Below, piece by piece: positions 39,205 through 51,800 of a stretch of DNA of 64,000 nucleotides. The stretch spans positions 1,027,693-1,091,692 of the forward strand of contig NW_002060953.1 in assembly GCF_000150275.1 (NCBI RefSeq), read 5' to 3'. The notes under the pieces were generated by a model, which ran no database searches, had not been told where the DNA came from, and saw only the letters and a list, made by a program, of their open reading frames with translations. Numbering within the stretch: the stretch's first letter is position 1; each line of letters opens with the position of its first letter. The translations under genes and the position numbers were made by a program. This DNA is from Trichoplax adhaerens. Taxonomy: Eukaryota > Animalia > Placozoa.

Positions 39205-41400
39205 GCATGTACAGTACCAATCAGTCTCCGTACAGTATATTTCTTCTAGTACTGTCTACATCCATTGTAGACTACAGTGTACAGTCACTTTTCATCACCC
39301 GACTTGATACTGAAGACTGTACAGTACGACGTCCTTGAATGAACGCATGTACTGTACTGTACTGTACGAACCAGTCACCATACAGTACAGTACAGTACAG
39401 TATATTTCTTCTAGTGCTGTCTACATCCATTGTAGACTACAGTGTACAGTGTACAGTCACTTTTCATCACCCGATTTGATACTGAAGACTGTACAGTACG
39501 ACGGTCCTTGAATAAACGCATGTACATTGTACAGTACATCCATTGTAGACTACAGTGTACAGTCACTTTTCATCACCCGATTTGATACTGAAGACCGTAC
39601 AGTACGACGGTCCTTGAATAAACGCATGTACAGTACTGTACTGTACGAACCAGTCACCATACAGTACAGTACAGTACAGTACAGTACTGTACTGTATATT
39701 TCTTCTAGTACTGTCTACATCCATTGTAGACTACAGTGTACAGTCACTTTTCATCACCCGACTTGATACTGAAGACTGTACGACGTCCTTGAATGAACGC
39801 ATGTACCGTACTGTACGAACCAGTCACCATATAGTACAGTACAGTACAGTATATTTCTTCTAGTGCTGTCTACAGTACATCCATTGTAGACTACAGTGTA
39901 CAGTGCACAGTCACTTTTCATCACCCGATTTGATACTGAAGACTGTACAGTACGACGGTCCTTGAATAAACGCATGTACTGTACTGTACGAACCAGTCAC
40001 CATACAGTACAGTACTGTACTGTACTGTATATTTCTTCTAGTACTGTCTACAGTATAGTACATTGTATTGTACAGTGTACAGTGTACAGTATGCAGTCAC
40101 TTTTCATCACCCGACTTCATATAGGACAGTACTGTACATACAGTACTGTACAGTGCGACGTCCTTGAATGAACGCATGATTGCATGTACTGTACTGTACT
40201 GTACAACCTACGGTGGCCGAGAAGGGCCACTGTACTGTACAGTGTACAGTACTTTGGGAAATGTCACGCGTACAGTACTGGAAAGTCTTGCAGGTACTGG
40301 AAATGAATGCGTGTACTGGAAAGTCATTGCGCGTACATGAATGCTTTTACGCGTACTGGAAATCATTGGCACGTACAGGAAAGCTTTAAACGTAAAGGCA
40401 GGGACTACTCCACCAAAAATGAATTTCATTTTGGTGGAGTAGTCCTTGGTATTGCTTACGTAATAATGTATGAGCTACTTACTTATTATTATTATTATTA
40501 TCTAAAAAGCCAAATCCAGCGTTGTCCTATTTTACTCGTAGAATTCACCATCATCGACAATGTAATTGTGCTGAACTGTTAATGATGTTGTCACCATACA
40601 GATATTTATTCTTCTACTGCTTACATACAGTACAGCAATGTACAGTTGTACACTACAGTGTACAAGGTACAGTATGTAGTCACTTTTCATCACCCGACTT
40701 CATACTGTACACTGTACGACGTCCTTGAATGAACGCCTGATTACATGTACGAACACTGGTTCAGTCATCATACTGTACAGCATATTTATTCTTCTAGTAC
40801 TGCCTACATCCATTGTATACTACAGTGTATAGTGTACAATATGCAGTCACTTTTCATCACCCGGCTTCATACTGTACACTGTACAGTACACTGCTTTTCA
40901 TCACGGTTTCATACTGAACCTTACTGGAAGCAGTACAGTGTACAGTGTACAGTAAGCAGTCACTTTTCATCTCCCGAATTCATACTGTACACTGTACAAT
41001 ACTGTACTAGACGACGCGCCTCCTTTCTACTGTACTGTACTGGATGTACTGTATTGCAAATTTGCAATCGTACAGTGCTGTATGCATGATTTGACTCTTC
41101 TACCCTAGTTTTCCACCCTGGATGAAGAGTCAGTGACTCACGTCGACACAAGGCACAATTTTGATGGAGTACTCAATGAGTAGTCCCTGCCTAGTACTAG
41201 TACTGTACAGTGTGCACTGTGCACTGAGTGTGCAGTAGCCATTTAAATATCAAACCATGCAATGCCACCTCATTGTGTACAGTACTGTAGTACAGTACAC
41301 TGTACCGTAAAGTGTACTCAGTACTGTACGACGAGATCGCATACAGTACTGTACAGTGTACAGCGCCCGCTTTGTAAATGGGCGATACTACTAGATATTC
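39205..41400. repeat. TACAG/CTGTA-rich satellite with ~170-bp variable units
   Basis: The core agtcacttttcatcacccga recurs at about 39283, 39455, 39561, 39742, 39909, 40096, 40678, 40846 and 40958, interleaved with (TACAG)n/(CTGTA)n tracts. Confidence 0.92.
40209..41192. mobile_element. Putative non-autonomous inverted-repeat (MITE-like) element embedded in the satellite
   Basis: Perfect 15-bp inverted pair aggcagggactactc (40396-40410) and gagtagtccctgcct (41178-41192). Internal near-perfect palindrome at 40402-40445. Seven 19-20 bp gtactggaaa-type subrepeats at 40255-40395. Hairpin cggtggcc-gagaag-ggccactg near 40211. No transposase and no clear target-site duplication. Confidence 0.4.
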
Positions 41401-41481
41401 CATACAGCACTGCAAACGCCATACTCTACCTTACCTTTTTCCGGCTATTCAATTTTATCTATGACTAGCTCAAGAGAAGAG

Positions 41482-41491
41482 AAAAAAAAAA
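41482..41491 (-). terminator. RNA polymerase III oligo(T) terminator of tRNA-Lys
   Basis: A T10 run on the minus strand 8 nt downstream of the tRNA 3' end. Confidence 0.8.
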
Positions 41492-41499
41492 TTTAAGTG

Positions 41500-41572
41500 C
41501 GCCCGATGGGGGACTTGAACCCACGACCCTCAGATTAAAAGTCTGATGCTCTACCGACTGAGCTAACCGGGC
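41500..41572 (-). tRNA. trnK-UUU: tRNA-Lys (anticodon UUU)
   Basis: Minus strand GCCCGGTTAGCTCAGTCGGTAGAGCATCAGACTTTTAATCTGAGGGTCGTGGGTTCAAGTCCCCCATCGGGCG forms a 73-nt cloverleaf with A and B boxes and no intron. Confidence 0.97.
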
Positions 41573-42686
41573 AGTACTTACGTATTCTAATTCGTATTTT
41601 TATTTAAACAGACTATACACTGTTGTACAGTCAAATACAGTTCAATCGACAATGACGATTGTTCCAACTCAATTTGTTGCGGCAGTTGTTGCTTTCCAAC
41701 TACGCCAGGGAGTCGATGATAGTGAATGAGGATATGAATAATATTTCATAAATCTTGGCAGTCCATCACTGGTCTGGACTTTACAGTCTTTCTTCCTTGC
41801 ATTGAAGTATCTGCACGGCTTGCCTCCAAGTTAGCAGACCAGTATGCTATGGTAGAGTACGTTACAAAAATCATCGTATCGATGATCGATTCATTAAAAC
41901 ACTAGAGTACGTGCAGCGACTTCTAAGAGCATCACTTATTCCTCTTACAAATCCTTGGTATGTACGTATAGGCTAGCAAACTCTCCAACAATCAACTAAC
42001 CATCATCATCGTACCCATGACAGAGTAATAAAACACCACAGTACGTCTATGCTAATGACTATTCAACATCTATCGTTATCCTACGATTCGTACCCATGGC
42101 TGAGTAAAGCGCCACAGTGCGTGAATGCTAGTTACTAAATCGCCCATAGTAGAGTAAAACACCAAAGTACGTGTAAGCTAGTGACCATTCAACAATTGAA
42201 CATTCATAACCGCTACAGGATATCTTATTACAGTATAAAGTATAGAAGTCACTCCATGCTCCATACAACGGACATAAACAAGCATAACTCAATAGTTGCT
42301 AGTACTTACTAAATCTACTAATCACTTTCCTGAACTTAACGCAGCTGGTGAATTAAACTACAGGAAACGTCATTACAACGCTATTGAGAATATATAATTA
42401 CACTAGTAGACCGTTTATTCTACAAAATTGGAATGATTCATTACAAACAAAGTATCAGAAATAATCGGTATTACATTAAGGAATACGAACAGGTCGTTTG
42501 ATATTTGTAGTAATAAAATTTTTGAACAGAGACTGTATCAATTTAAAGGCGAGACAAATATTTATTCAGTAGTATAGCTTAACGACTTCATTTTAAATGT
42601 AAGTTCAGAAATCAGGTCGTAACTTCAATTCAATTGTACAGTCCTAAGCAATATTAATTCGTGTCAAAGTGAATGAGATCATTCCT

Positions 42687-45600
42687 TTACGGACATTTTC
42701 TCTCAACGCAGTTTTTTCCACCATCGTCATATTCTTGTTTCGATATCCACATTTGCTGAAAGGAACCCTATCAGAAGAAAGAATATTTCAAAACAGTCAA
42801 TTACATTCAATTTAGAGGCTAATTTGAAATACAATGGTATAATTACGTACCAAAGATGCTAATATCGATCCACCAATCCAGGCACCACAGCGTCGTTCTA
42901 ATGAACCGTTAGCACTAACGACTTTTGTTCGTAAACCCTGCAGTAAAGCAAATAATGAATAATTTTCGTACAGAAATCCTACAATACACATCGCCAGCCC
43001 AAAAATATTAGCCACTGTTAAGCTCTTTAGAAGTTCAATACTAACCGGAGGAACTTTGTTTTGCAACTCTCTAGATAACCTATCGCAAAATCCTCGCAGT
43101 AAGGAATTACCTCCAGTAACAACGACGGAGCTGTATAAATTCTATAATCCAAAATTACAGGTACAGCTATCGCTATTGCTTCCAACATAACTGAGTCAAA
43201 CTATTACGCTCAAATATTACAAATTTTACCGGTCTGATATCGATATCGCAAATTCCTACACTCGTTAGTATAAGTTGAGAAATTCCCAGTAAGTTCGTGC
43301 AATCCATTCCCTGTATATTGCAAATCATTGCAATGGTAATTATTTACGTTTACAAAATAATCGATTGGTATTGCCAACACTATCATCATTACTGAATTTC
43401 AGTAACAAATTTTACCTTGACAGTTGATGGATCGAATAAACCCTCTGCTAATTTAAATCTATCTACCCCGTAAGAATTATTGTACCCATCAGGAAATTCA
43501 TAATGCATCGATGGAATACTTCCTGCATTGCTGGTAGCATTAAAGAATAGCCTTAGTTTGATTATATCCACAATGCAGATATCTATATTAATGTACGTAC
43601 ATTTCATGAAAATTTGAATCCAAAACTTCCAAAACCGAGGCTTTAAAGTCGTGTAGAGTATTCTAGATATAGAGAAAATGATTCAATGACGACATTAAAG
43701 AATTAATAGTAAATGATTACACAACACGTAAACACTACGGCCTCAATGGGGGCATCATGTTTAAAATTCCTACCTTGACCATATAATTATGGTAAGATTG
43801 AGTTATTTTTGCCGGTAAATTTGCCCTCTTTGTATAAATAGATGGCTCTCCTTTACCCACTGGGGTCTAATAAAGAACAAGATGCATACCCATTCATCAG
43901 CGTAATAAGGAAACTAATGTATTATTTTTGACTATCTCTAGTTGGGCTTCCGTGTTACAACATCAAGAGCAGTACTACCTTGCTACCAACTAAATAAGTA
44001 GGAACAATTTCAACATTCTTGTCGGCTAAATAAGACCTTTAGAACAAAAATACACCAGATATAAGTGATATTAGAATCAATTCAAACATCTTAAAAGTGA
44101 TTCAACTTTTATATTACTAACCTGCACTGAGCCGTAACAAAATCTCCACCCAAAGGAGATTTTACTATGCCTAAAGGTAAGATTAAATTGAAGGAAGATA
44201 TTATAAAAATACACAATTTCCACAAAAGTGTTTACAGCTTAAAAGAATGAATACAATATGTAGATGATATCGTGAAATGACTTTTATACGCGTAAATCCG
44301 AATCTTACCTTGTTGTAAAACATAACCATCATAAATTGGAATGGCGGAAGTATGATGCGCTCCTGAATCAAGGATTATACCAGTGTAGCGACCATTGGCA
44401 AAGCTACATGTAGAACATAAACATAATATGATATATACAGTACCAATCTACATATTGGCTAAATACTGTCGAGAAACTTTGTGATATTATATAGTGTTAG
44501 GATTTTGTAGATACTGCACCCCGCTAATACTGGACTCTTGCAAAGGTAAAATGCTGGCACATTGTACGTTTCAAACATAAGCTCGCACAGTTTCTCTCGC
44601 TTCCCTCGTTCGTTCCACTAATAAAATCATGAAACAGTAACAAGTTATTTTATGAAGTTTCATTTATTTTGTCGACGCCATTTAGAATGTGGCACGTCTA
44701 CAAAACTTACAGCAGGTTCCGTCATCAAAATAGGATGCACCGAAGGATCGGAGCGAATGTGATTGGCAAAGGTATGGTCAAAAAGTTCTTTAAATAGATC
44801 CCAATCATCAACTAACAAGAGATTCAAGTGAAATCGATTTCAGCAAGAGAACTTAATCCTATCATGGCGTAATAGGATACGTGAGTGGAGAAAAATGAAA
44901 ATTACATCAAGGCGGCGTTTTTAACTTTTAATACATAAAAAGAGACCAGTTGATATTACAATGCAACTCTTATTACCTCCAGTTTCAGTTAATGACCTAG
45001 TACATCAACGTATGATACAGTAGCACGATCTTAAACTGAGCTAAAACACCGTAGGGTTGATTGCAGACTAGTTTCATAATTAATCTAAACTATGAATGAG
45101 CTCAGTCATGCATGCATGCAATTCAAATTCTAATCCTTAACCACTTCAGTTACTAACGTTCGATTTCACTCTTTAATGCTGTCGTAATTTTAATGCAAGC
45201 AATAGAAATGACCAATTTTGTTACGATCGATTAGAATTTGTGACATCTACACGGCATCGAAACTGAAAGATTCTTGCACAGTAGGCAATAGGATCTTATG
45301 CTCATCACTCATGCAATGCCATGGCAGTGTGCACCGAACATGATAGCATTATTGTCGTTTTCCTCTACGATAATAATTTTAAACTAAAGATACACAACTT
45401 TCGAGGTGATTCTATTAGCAAAATTGGCCTATATTTACTCATTCCATCCTTTAAAGGGCTAATCATTTCCATCCTTTCTTTAGGCGATGATAGAAAATTA
45501 TAACCAATATAATATTTCCTTTTGGAAGCTACTGATGTCGGACCATCTGCAGTATCCATGGCATTGTCATCCTCGAAGTTACCATCGGTCGTACAACCCA

Positions 45601-45948
45601 CATATGAAGGAAAGTCGGCCTAATATTCAGATCACCAAAAACGTCGATATATACCCAATCGATATACAAGCAATCATGGAAAGTAACAAGTAATACCTTT
45701 GGTGTATCTTCACCGGCGAAACCAGCACGAACAGTTGTATTACCAATGTCCAAGACAATGGCGCCAACTTCATCTAAAATCCACAATCAACATGACTTTA
45801 TTCGTCAATTTACTTGCAAGAAAAACCATCGAATCTTCCATCAAGACATCAACGACTGATTTCAACATCAACAGTTACAATCCACTAAAGTAAAATATTG
45901 CTAGAATATCATTTTTTACGCACCTCCACCGTAAACACCGCCACTCAT
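42687..45948 (-). CDS. ACTL6A: Actin-like protein 6A (BAF53A/ARP4), multi-exon
   Basis: Starts MSGGVYGG|[26 protein letters not shown]. Contains [42 protein letters not shown] and [16 protein letters not shown]. Ends [24 protein letters not shown] (TAA 42689-42687). Confidence 0.97.
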
Positions 45949-46224
45949 TTTGAATTGATGACTAAATTGCACAACCTAGAAGATTTGATGTCTGCTAACC
46001 CAACAACACAAGCTATCATACACAGGGATGCCAACAAAGTGTAAGGTCTGGACGCCTGGGAAGGACGGATGTCCTAGGTTGGCTTCAACAGTGGCTTTTC
46101 CCCAAAAAAGGCGGCTAAAGGGACTGTCGTGAAGTCCAATAGACTTCAATATGACCGCAATAGTCTCTACAGCGTCAGTATAGTACAGAACTATACAATA
46201 CCGTCTACCACGACAGTATGTATC

Positions 46225-48503
46225 TTTCGCCAGGTATGCAATCCTTGTTCACGTTCGATTTCGCCGTTTTGCAGCTCTCTAGCTTACAGAATTTAGTCAC
46301 TTGTAGCTGGATCTACTCTTTCATCAACTTAATTGATTAGTTAATATTGATTATCAAAAGATGCACGCACTACAGAGCATGTATACTAAGTTGTACACTG
46401 CAAAATTCAGTTTTTTCACGAGGTATGCAATCCTTGTTCACGGTCGATTTCGCCGTTTTGCAGCTCTCTAGCTTACAGAATTTAGTCACTTGTAGCTGGA
46501 TCTACTCTTTCATCAACTTAATTGATTAGTTAATATTGATTATCAAAAGATGCACGCACTACAGAGCATGTATACTAAGTTGTACACTGCAAAATTCAGT
46601 TCTTTCACGAGGTATGCAATCCTTGTTCACGGTCGATTTCGCCGTTTTGCAGCTCTCTAGCTTACAGAATTTAGTCACTTGTAGCTGGATCTACTCTTTC
46701 ATCAACTTAATTGATTAGTTAATATTGATTATCAAAAGATGCACGCACTACAGAGCATGTATACTAAGTTGTACACTGCAAAATTCAGTTCTTTCACGAG
46801 GTATGCAATCCTTGTTCACGGTCGATTTCGCCGTTTTGCAGCTCTCTAGCTTACAGAATTTAGTCACTTGTAGCTGGATCTACTCTTTCATCAACTTAAT
46901 TGATTAGTTAATATTGATTATCAAAAGATGCACGCACTACAGAGCATGTATACTAAGTTGTACACTGCAAAATTCAGTTCTTTCACGAGGTATGCAATCC
47001 TTGTTCACGGTCGATTTCGCCGTTTTGCAGCTCTCTAGCTTACAGAATTTAGTCACTTGTAGCTGGATCTACTCTTTCATCAACTTAATTGATTAGTTAA
47101 GGTTAATATTGATTATCAAAAGATGCACGCACTACAGAGCATGTATACTAAGTTGTACACTGCAAAATTCAGTTCTTTCACGAGGTATGCAATCCTTGTT
47201 CACGGTCGATTTCGCCGTTTTGCAGCTCTCTAGCTTACAGAATTTAGTCACTTGTAGCTGGATCTACTCTTTCATCAACTTAATTGATTAGTTAATATTG
47301 ATTATCAAAAGATGCACGCACTACAGAGCATGTATACTAAGTTGTACACTGTACAGTTCAGTTCTTTCAGGAGGTATGCAATCCTAATTCACGGTCGATC
47401 TCGTCGCTTTGCAGCTTACTGTACTGTTCAGTTCTTTCGCGAGGTATGCAATCCTTGTTCACGGTCGATTTCGCCGTATTGCAGCTCCCTAGCTTACTGC
47501 ATTTAGTCACTTGTAGCTGGATCTACTCTTTCATCAACTTAATTGATTAGTTAATATTGATTATCAAAAGATGCACGCACTACAGAGCATGTATACTAAG
47601 TTGTACACTGCAAAATTCAGTTCTTTCACGAGGTATGCAATCCTTGTTCACGGTCGATCTCGTCGCTTTGCAGCTCTCTAGCTTACTGCATTTAGTCACT
47701 TGTAGCTAGATCTACTCTTTCATCAACTTAATTGATTAGTTAATATTGATTATCAAAAGATGCACGCACTACAGAGCATGTATACTAAGTTGTACACTGT
47801 ACAGTTCAGTTCTTTCAGGAGGTATGCAATCCTAATTCACGGTCGATCTCGTCGCTTTGCAGCTTACTGTACTGTTCAGTTCTTTCGCGAGGTATGCAAT
47901 CCTTGTTCACGGTCGATTTCGCCGTATTGCAGCTCCCTAGCTTACAGCATTTAGTCACTTGTAGCTGGATCTACTCTTTCATCAACTTAATTGATTAGTT
48001 AATATTGATTATCAAAAGATGCACACACTACAGAGCATGTATACTAAGTTGTACGCTGTACTGTTCAGTTCTTTCACGAGGTATGCAATCCTTGTTCACG
48101 GTCGATCTCGTCGGTTTGCAGCTCTCTGGGTTACAGTATTTAGTTACTTGCAGTTAGATCGATTCTTTCATGAACTTAATTAATTGATTAATTATTATTA
48201 TCAAAAGATACACACACTACAGAGCATGTATACTAAGTTGTACACTGTACAGTTCAGTTCTTTCACGAGGTATGCAATCCTTGTTCACGGTCGATCTCGT
48301 CGGTTTGCAGCTCTCTGGGTTACAGTATTTAGTTACTTGCAGTTAGATCGATTCTTTCATGAACTTAATTAATTGATTAATTATTATTATCAAAAGATGC
48401 ACACACTACAGAGCATGTTTACTAAGTTGTACACTGTACTGTTCAGTTCTTTCGCGAGGTATGCAATCCTTGTTCACGGTCGATCTCGCCGTTTTGCAGC
48501 TCT
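46225..48503. repeat. 189-bp satellite (~11 units) with 259-bp variants forming a 448-bp higher-order repeat
   Basis: Near-identical pseudo-ORFs at 46347, 46536, 46725 and 46914 (period 189) and 47109 (+6 insertion). The pair at 47312/47760 gives period 448. The pair at 48184/48373 gives period 189 with a diverged variant. Confidence 0.97.
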
Positions 48504-48893
48504 GTTTGTTCATTTCACGACCGAAAGCATCTTCCATATTTGTAAGAACATAAATTAAATCATACTATCAATTGCAGTATTTTAATTTCTCTCTACTGAT
48601 CTGTGCCAACAATATTTTGCATGCTCAAAGATTGATTACCAGTAATGTTTATCAAATGACATTGCCATTTTAAGACTAAATCTAGTCACTTTTGAATTCA
48701 TTCTATCATATATCATTTCAGAACGTTATTATTTGAAATAAAGCTGATTATGAAAATTAGCTATCAAATCCAAAGAATTGACTATGTAGAAACAAAAAAA
48801 TAATTTTTCATACTACTTATACATGTCTATTTTTCTCGTGGAAGAGGCATAATAAAGGTATCTAGACCTTACGACTATTTTAAAAATTTTCAG

Positions 48894-51800
48894 GGATTTA
48901 TCATCCGGGTATCTTGTTCATATAGGTTGTGGTAATTTAATTGAGCTACCCAGGCTTCAAAAACTGTAAGTCAATCATGGTGAAATGTTACCATTTAGCG
49001 GTTGCATTTTGCTTTACAGCGAAATGCACATAACAAAACAATCAAATACATGCTCTGAAAATTGAATCTCTAATATTTGCGTTTGTGTAGAGACTTTTAG
49101 AACTAGTACTAAAACTTTAATCTTAGTGAGTACCGTACAATTAACATACCATTAATTAGGCCTGCTGTTAGCAATATATTCAAAAATTTGCCTGTTGAGT
49201 AACGCAAACATTATTTATTAAAGATTTGGAAATAGTATATGTTACAATCTGGTAATTAGAATCTCATTCATTTGAATTAAAATGACTATATTGTTAAAAC
49301 AATTTTGTAGCTTGCTGAAAAATTGCATAATTTGTACTATTTGCGATCAAGCATTCTCAGCGCTACACAGCCTTACTCATCTGTAAATATATCGTTTTGA
49401 TCCATTTAGAATTTGTTACTATTGAAGATACATTTATCATGTGATAGTAAAGGCTTCACTATAAATAATGAGACAATACTTTAAAATATAAACATTTATG
49501 CAATTACAACTACAGTATATTAAAATACATTATTCTAATCTAGAATCTGTTGTAAGGGTTCTTCACATTTACCTTTTCTAATTATTGATATGCCTTATAT
49601 CGGTAAAATTATAGTTATTAAGGCTATTTAAATCTACCCTTCCTTGCTATTTATTTTCTTACACTGGTATTGTTAAGTTTAGAATCACATGGAACTTATA
49701 ATTACAAAACATAGACCGGAGAATAAAAATTTATAAATTTTTAAGATGCGGTAGTCGAATAGTTGAAAAACTAGGAAAACGAATTTCAAACTATAGTCTA
49801 TAATCTGTTGTTGCTCTTTACTGCTATTTATTCAGCACTTGCAAAATTGCAGAGACCTTTCATCAATAAAATTGAACATTTTACCAATGCGACGTTTTAT
49901 GGATTAACCTCCTTGCAAAATTTGTAAGAATCAAAGCCGTAGGATGAAACTCTGAAATGATCTGAAATATGCTACAATTTTGGAATTTCGTTTTCTACAC
50001 TTTATTTAATGGATAATTAACATTTCCAGATATTGACGCAAAGTTATATCAAGAAAATTACTGCTGATATTATATCACTAATATTTGCTATAATACTTGC
50101 TAATATGTATATCTGGAAACATAAAGAACAATGCGTTACAGCATTTACCGATAGGCGTATTTATGAGCCTTCCTGCTTTGAAAAATTTGTAAATACAGCA
50201 ATAAAATAAAATATTTGCTTAGTTCATTCCATCTTTTTATTTATTTACCTAGCAGATAAATACATAATAATAAATTTTTACATAATCTTAATTCTATTGC
50301 AGTTTATTAATTTAAACTAGAAATCTTGAAAACAACCGATTTCAAGCTATAGATAAAAAAATATGCAACAGCCCTAGTAGATTGAAACCCATGCAAGTTT
50401 AATTTGTATTTCTATTATATGTATCCCTATAACATTAAAAAGTAAATTAATAACCCTAATACTAATACTATTAAATTATCGAAATTATTCGTAAATTTTA
50501 ATTATATCAGTCATTGTCTAGAACTAACGGTGTAAAAGCCTTTGCAGGAATTTCTGTCTTCGCGATCAGGTAACAGAACAGTAGTCTTGAAAATTATAGA
50601 TGAATTATTCTATGACAGAGTACTCTGAGGTCATTATAATAAAAGAAAGACAGGGAGATACATCATATGTTGTTAAAGGCATTGTCGCTAATTATTTACT
50701 ATCAAAAATTTATAATCAAGCGGTATTGTCAAACTAAACAGAATTTATGCCTTTTAAGAAAATACCGTAACTAATCAGTATTGACGAAAAACTTCTAAAA
50801 ATTGTGAAAAATAGCATACAAATATTTAAATGAGTGATTAAACCATAGCTTGATTATTTTCAATTTCTTGATTAGTTTCAAAGATCATTGAGTTAAAATA
50901 AAATCGAAACATTGGATTGTAGAGCTCTTAGAAACTGTCAAAATAGTTTATAGGCCTTGTAAGTTATTATTAAAACTTAAGTGTGGATGGACTACTCATC
51001 ACGTTAATATGCTCTCTATTCTTGTATAAAGAATAATTTTAAAACTTTATCGAATTAAGATACCGTACAGAACATTATGCTATGAACTTTGTGATGAAAT
51101 CATGGTTACACTCGAGGATTTAATTCAAAGTCAATCTTCAATTTTAACTATTGAAAGCATTACACAAATAGCCCAGGATGCTATAAAAGCTGTAATATCA
51201 TTGCAATTATTCTTTATTGTCCATGGCGACATCTCGATGGATAATATATTCATTGCTTTTTCTAGCAAGGTAAAATAGCAATTTTTAAACGTAGACTGTC
51301 ACAAAAGTAATCTTCGTGACGTGTATATTATTTCTATGTTACCTTCTACAGTATATATGTTTCGATACCAGTAATGCTTACGGTCTCCTTAATTATAACT
51401 TTAGCAGTTAACAGTTGATGTGCTAGCAATCCTTAATTTAGGATAAGATAGACTAAAATAGTAATTGCCAGCTAGTTTAACTAGATTGTATCAATCACCT
51501 TGAAGGATTTTAAGGTTGAAGGTACAATTTCTAAGTTTAGATGAAATACCTTCATAGCATAGCTAAATATATGTTAGCTGAACTTTTATTAAGAATTGGT
51601 CAATTTAATAGGATTAGATGGTATTTAATCCGTACATATCTACCTAGAAATACCAACTGATTGCTATTCCAAACTACAGTAGTGAAGGTTGGAAAACACT
51701 CAAAACTTGTTGCAAGTTAGAGCTATTCCTAACTCGTAAAGTAGACATTGTCTCGGAAACACTTTTATAAGGCATCATAGCAAAATTCACAAGTGCATTT

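Noticed and set aside
39205-41468. Many short Cys/Thr/Val/Tyr-rich ORFs on both strands
   Set aside because: They are artefacts of (TACAG)n/(CTGTA)n low-complexity repeats.
44405-44519. Weak ACTL6A donor (gtgcag followed by gtatct) as a possible U12 intron
   Set aside because: The GTATCT site is out of phase and there is no U12 branch site near the acceptor. A GT-AG U2 reading restores the frame.
46225-48503. Repeated 60-64 aa ORFs as a tandem gene cluster, or the array as CRISPR-like
   Set aside because: The ORFs are translations of the satellite unit, mostly with non-ATG starts. The units are contiguous near-identical copies with no unique spacers, and no cas-like genes are nearby.
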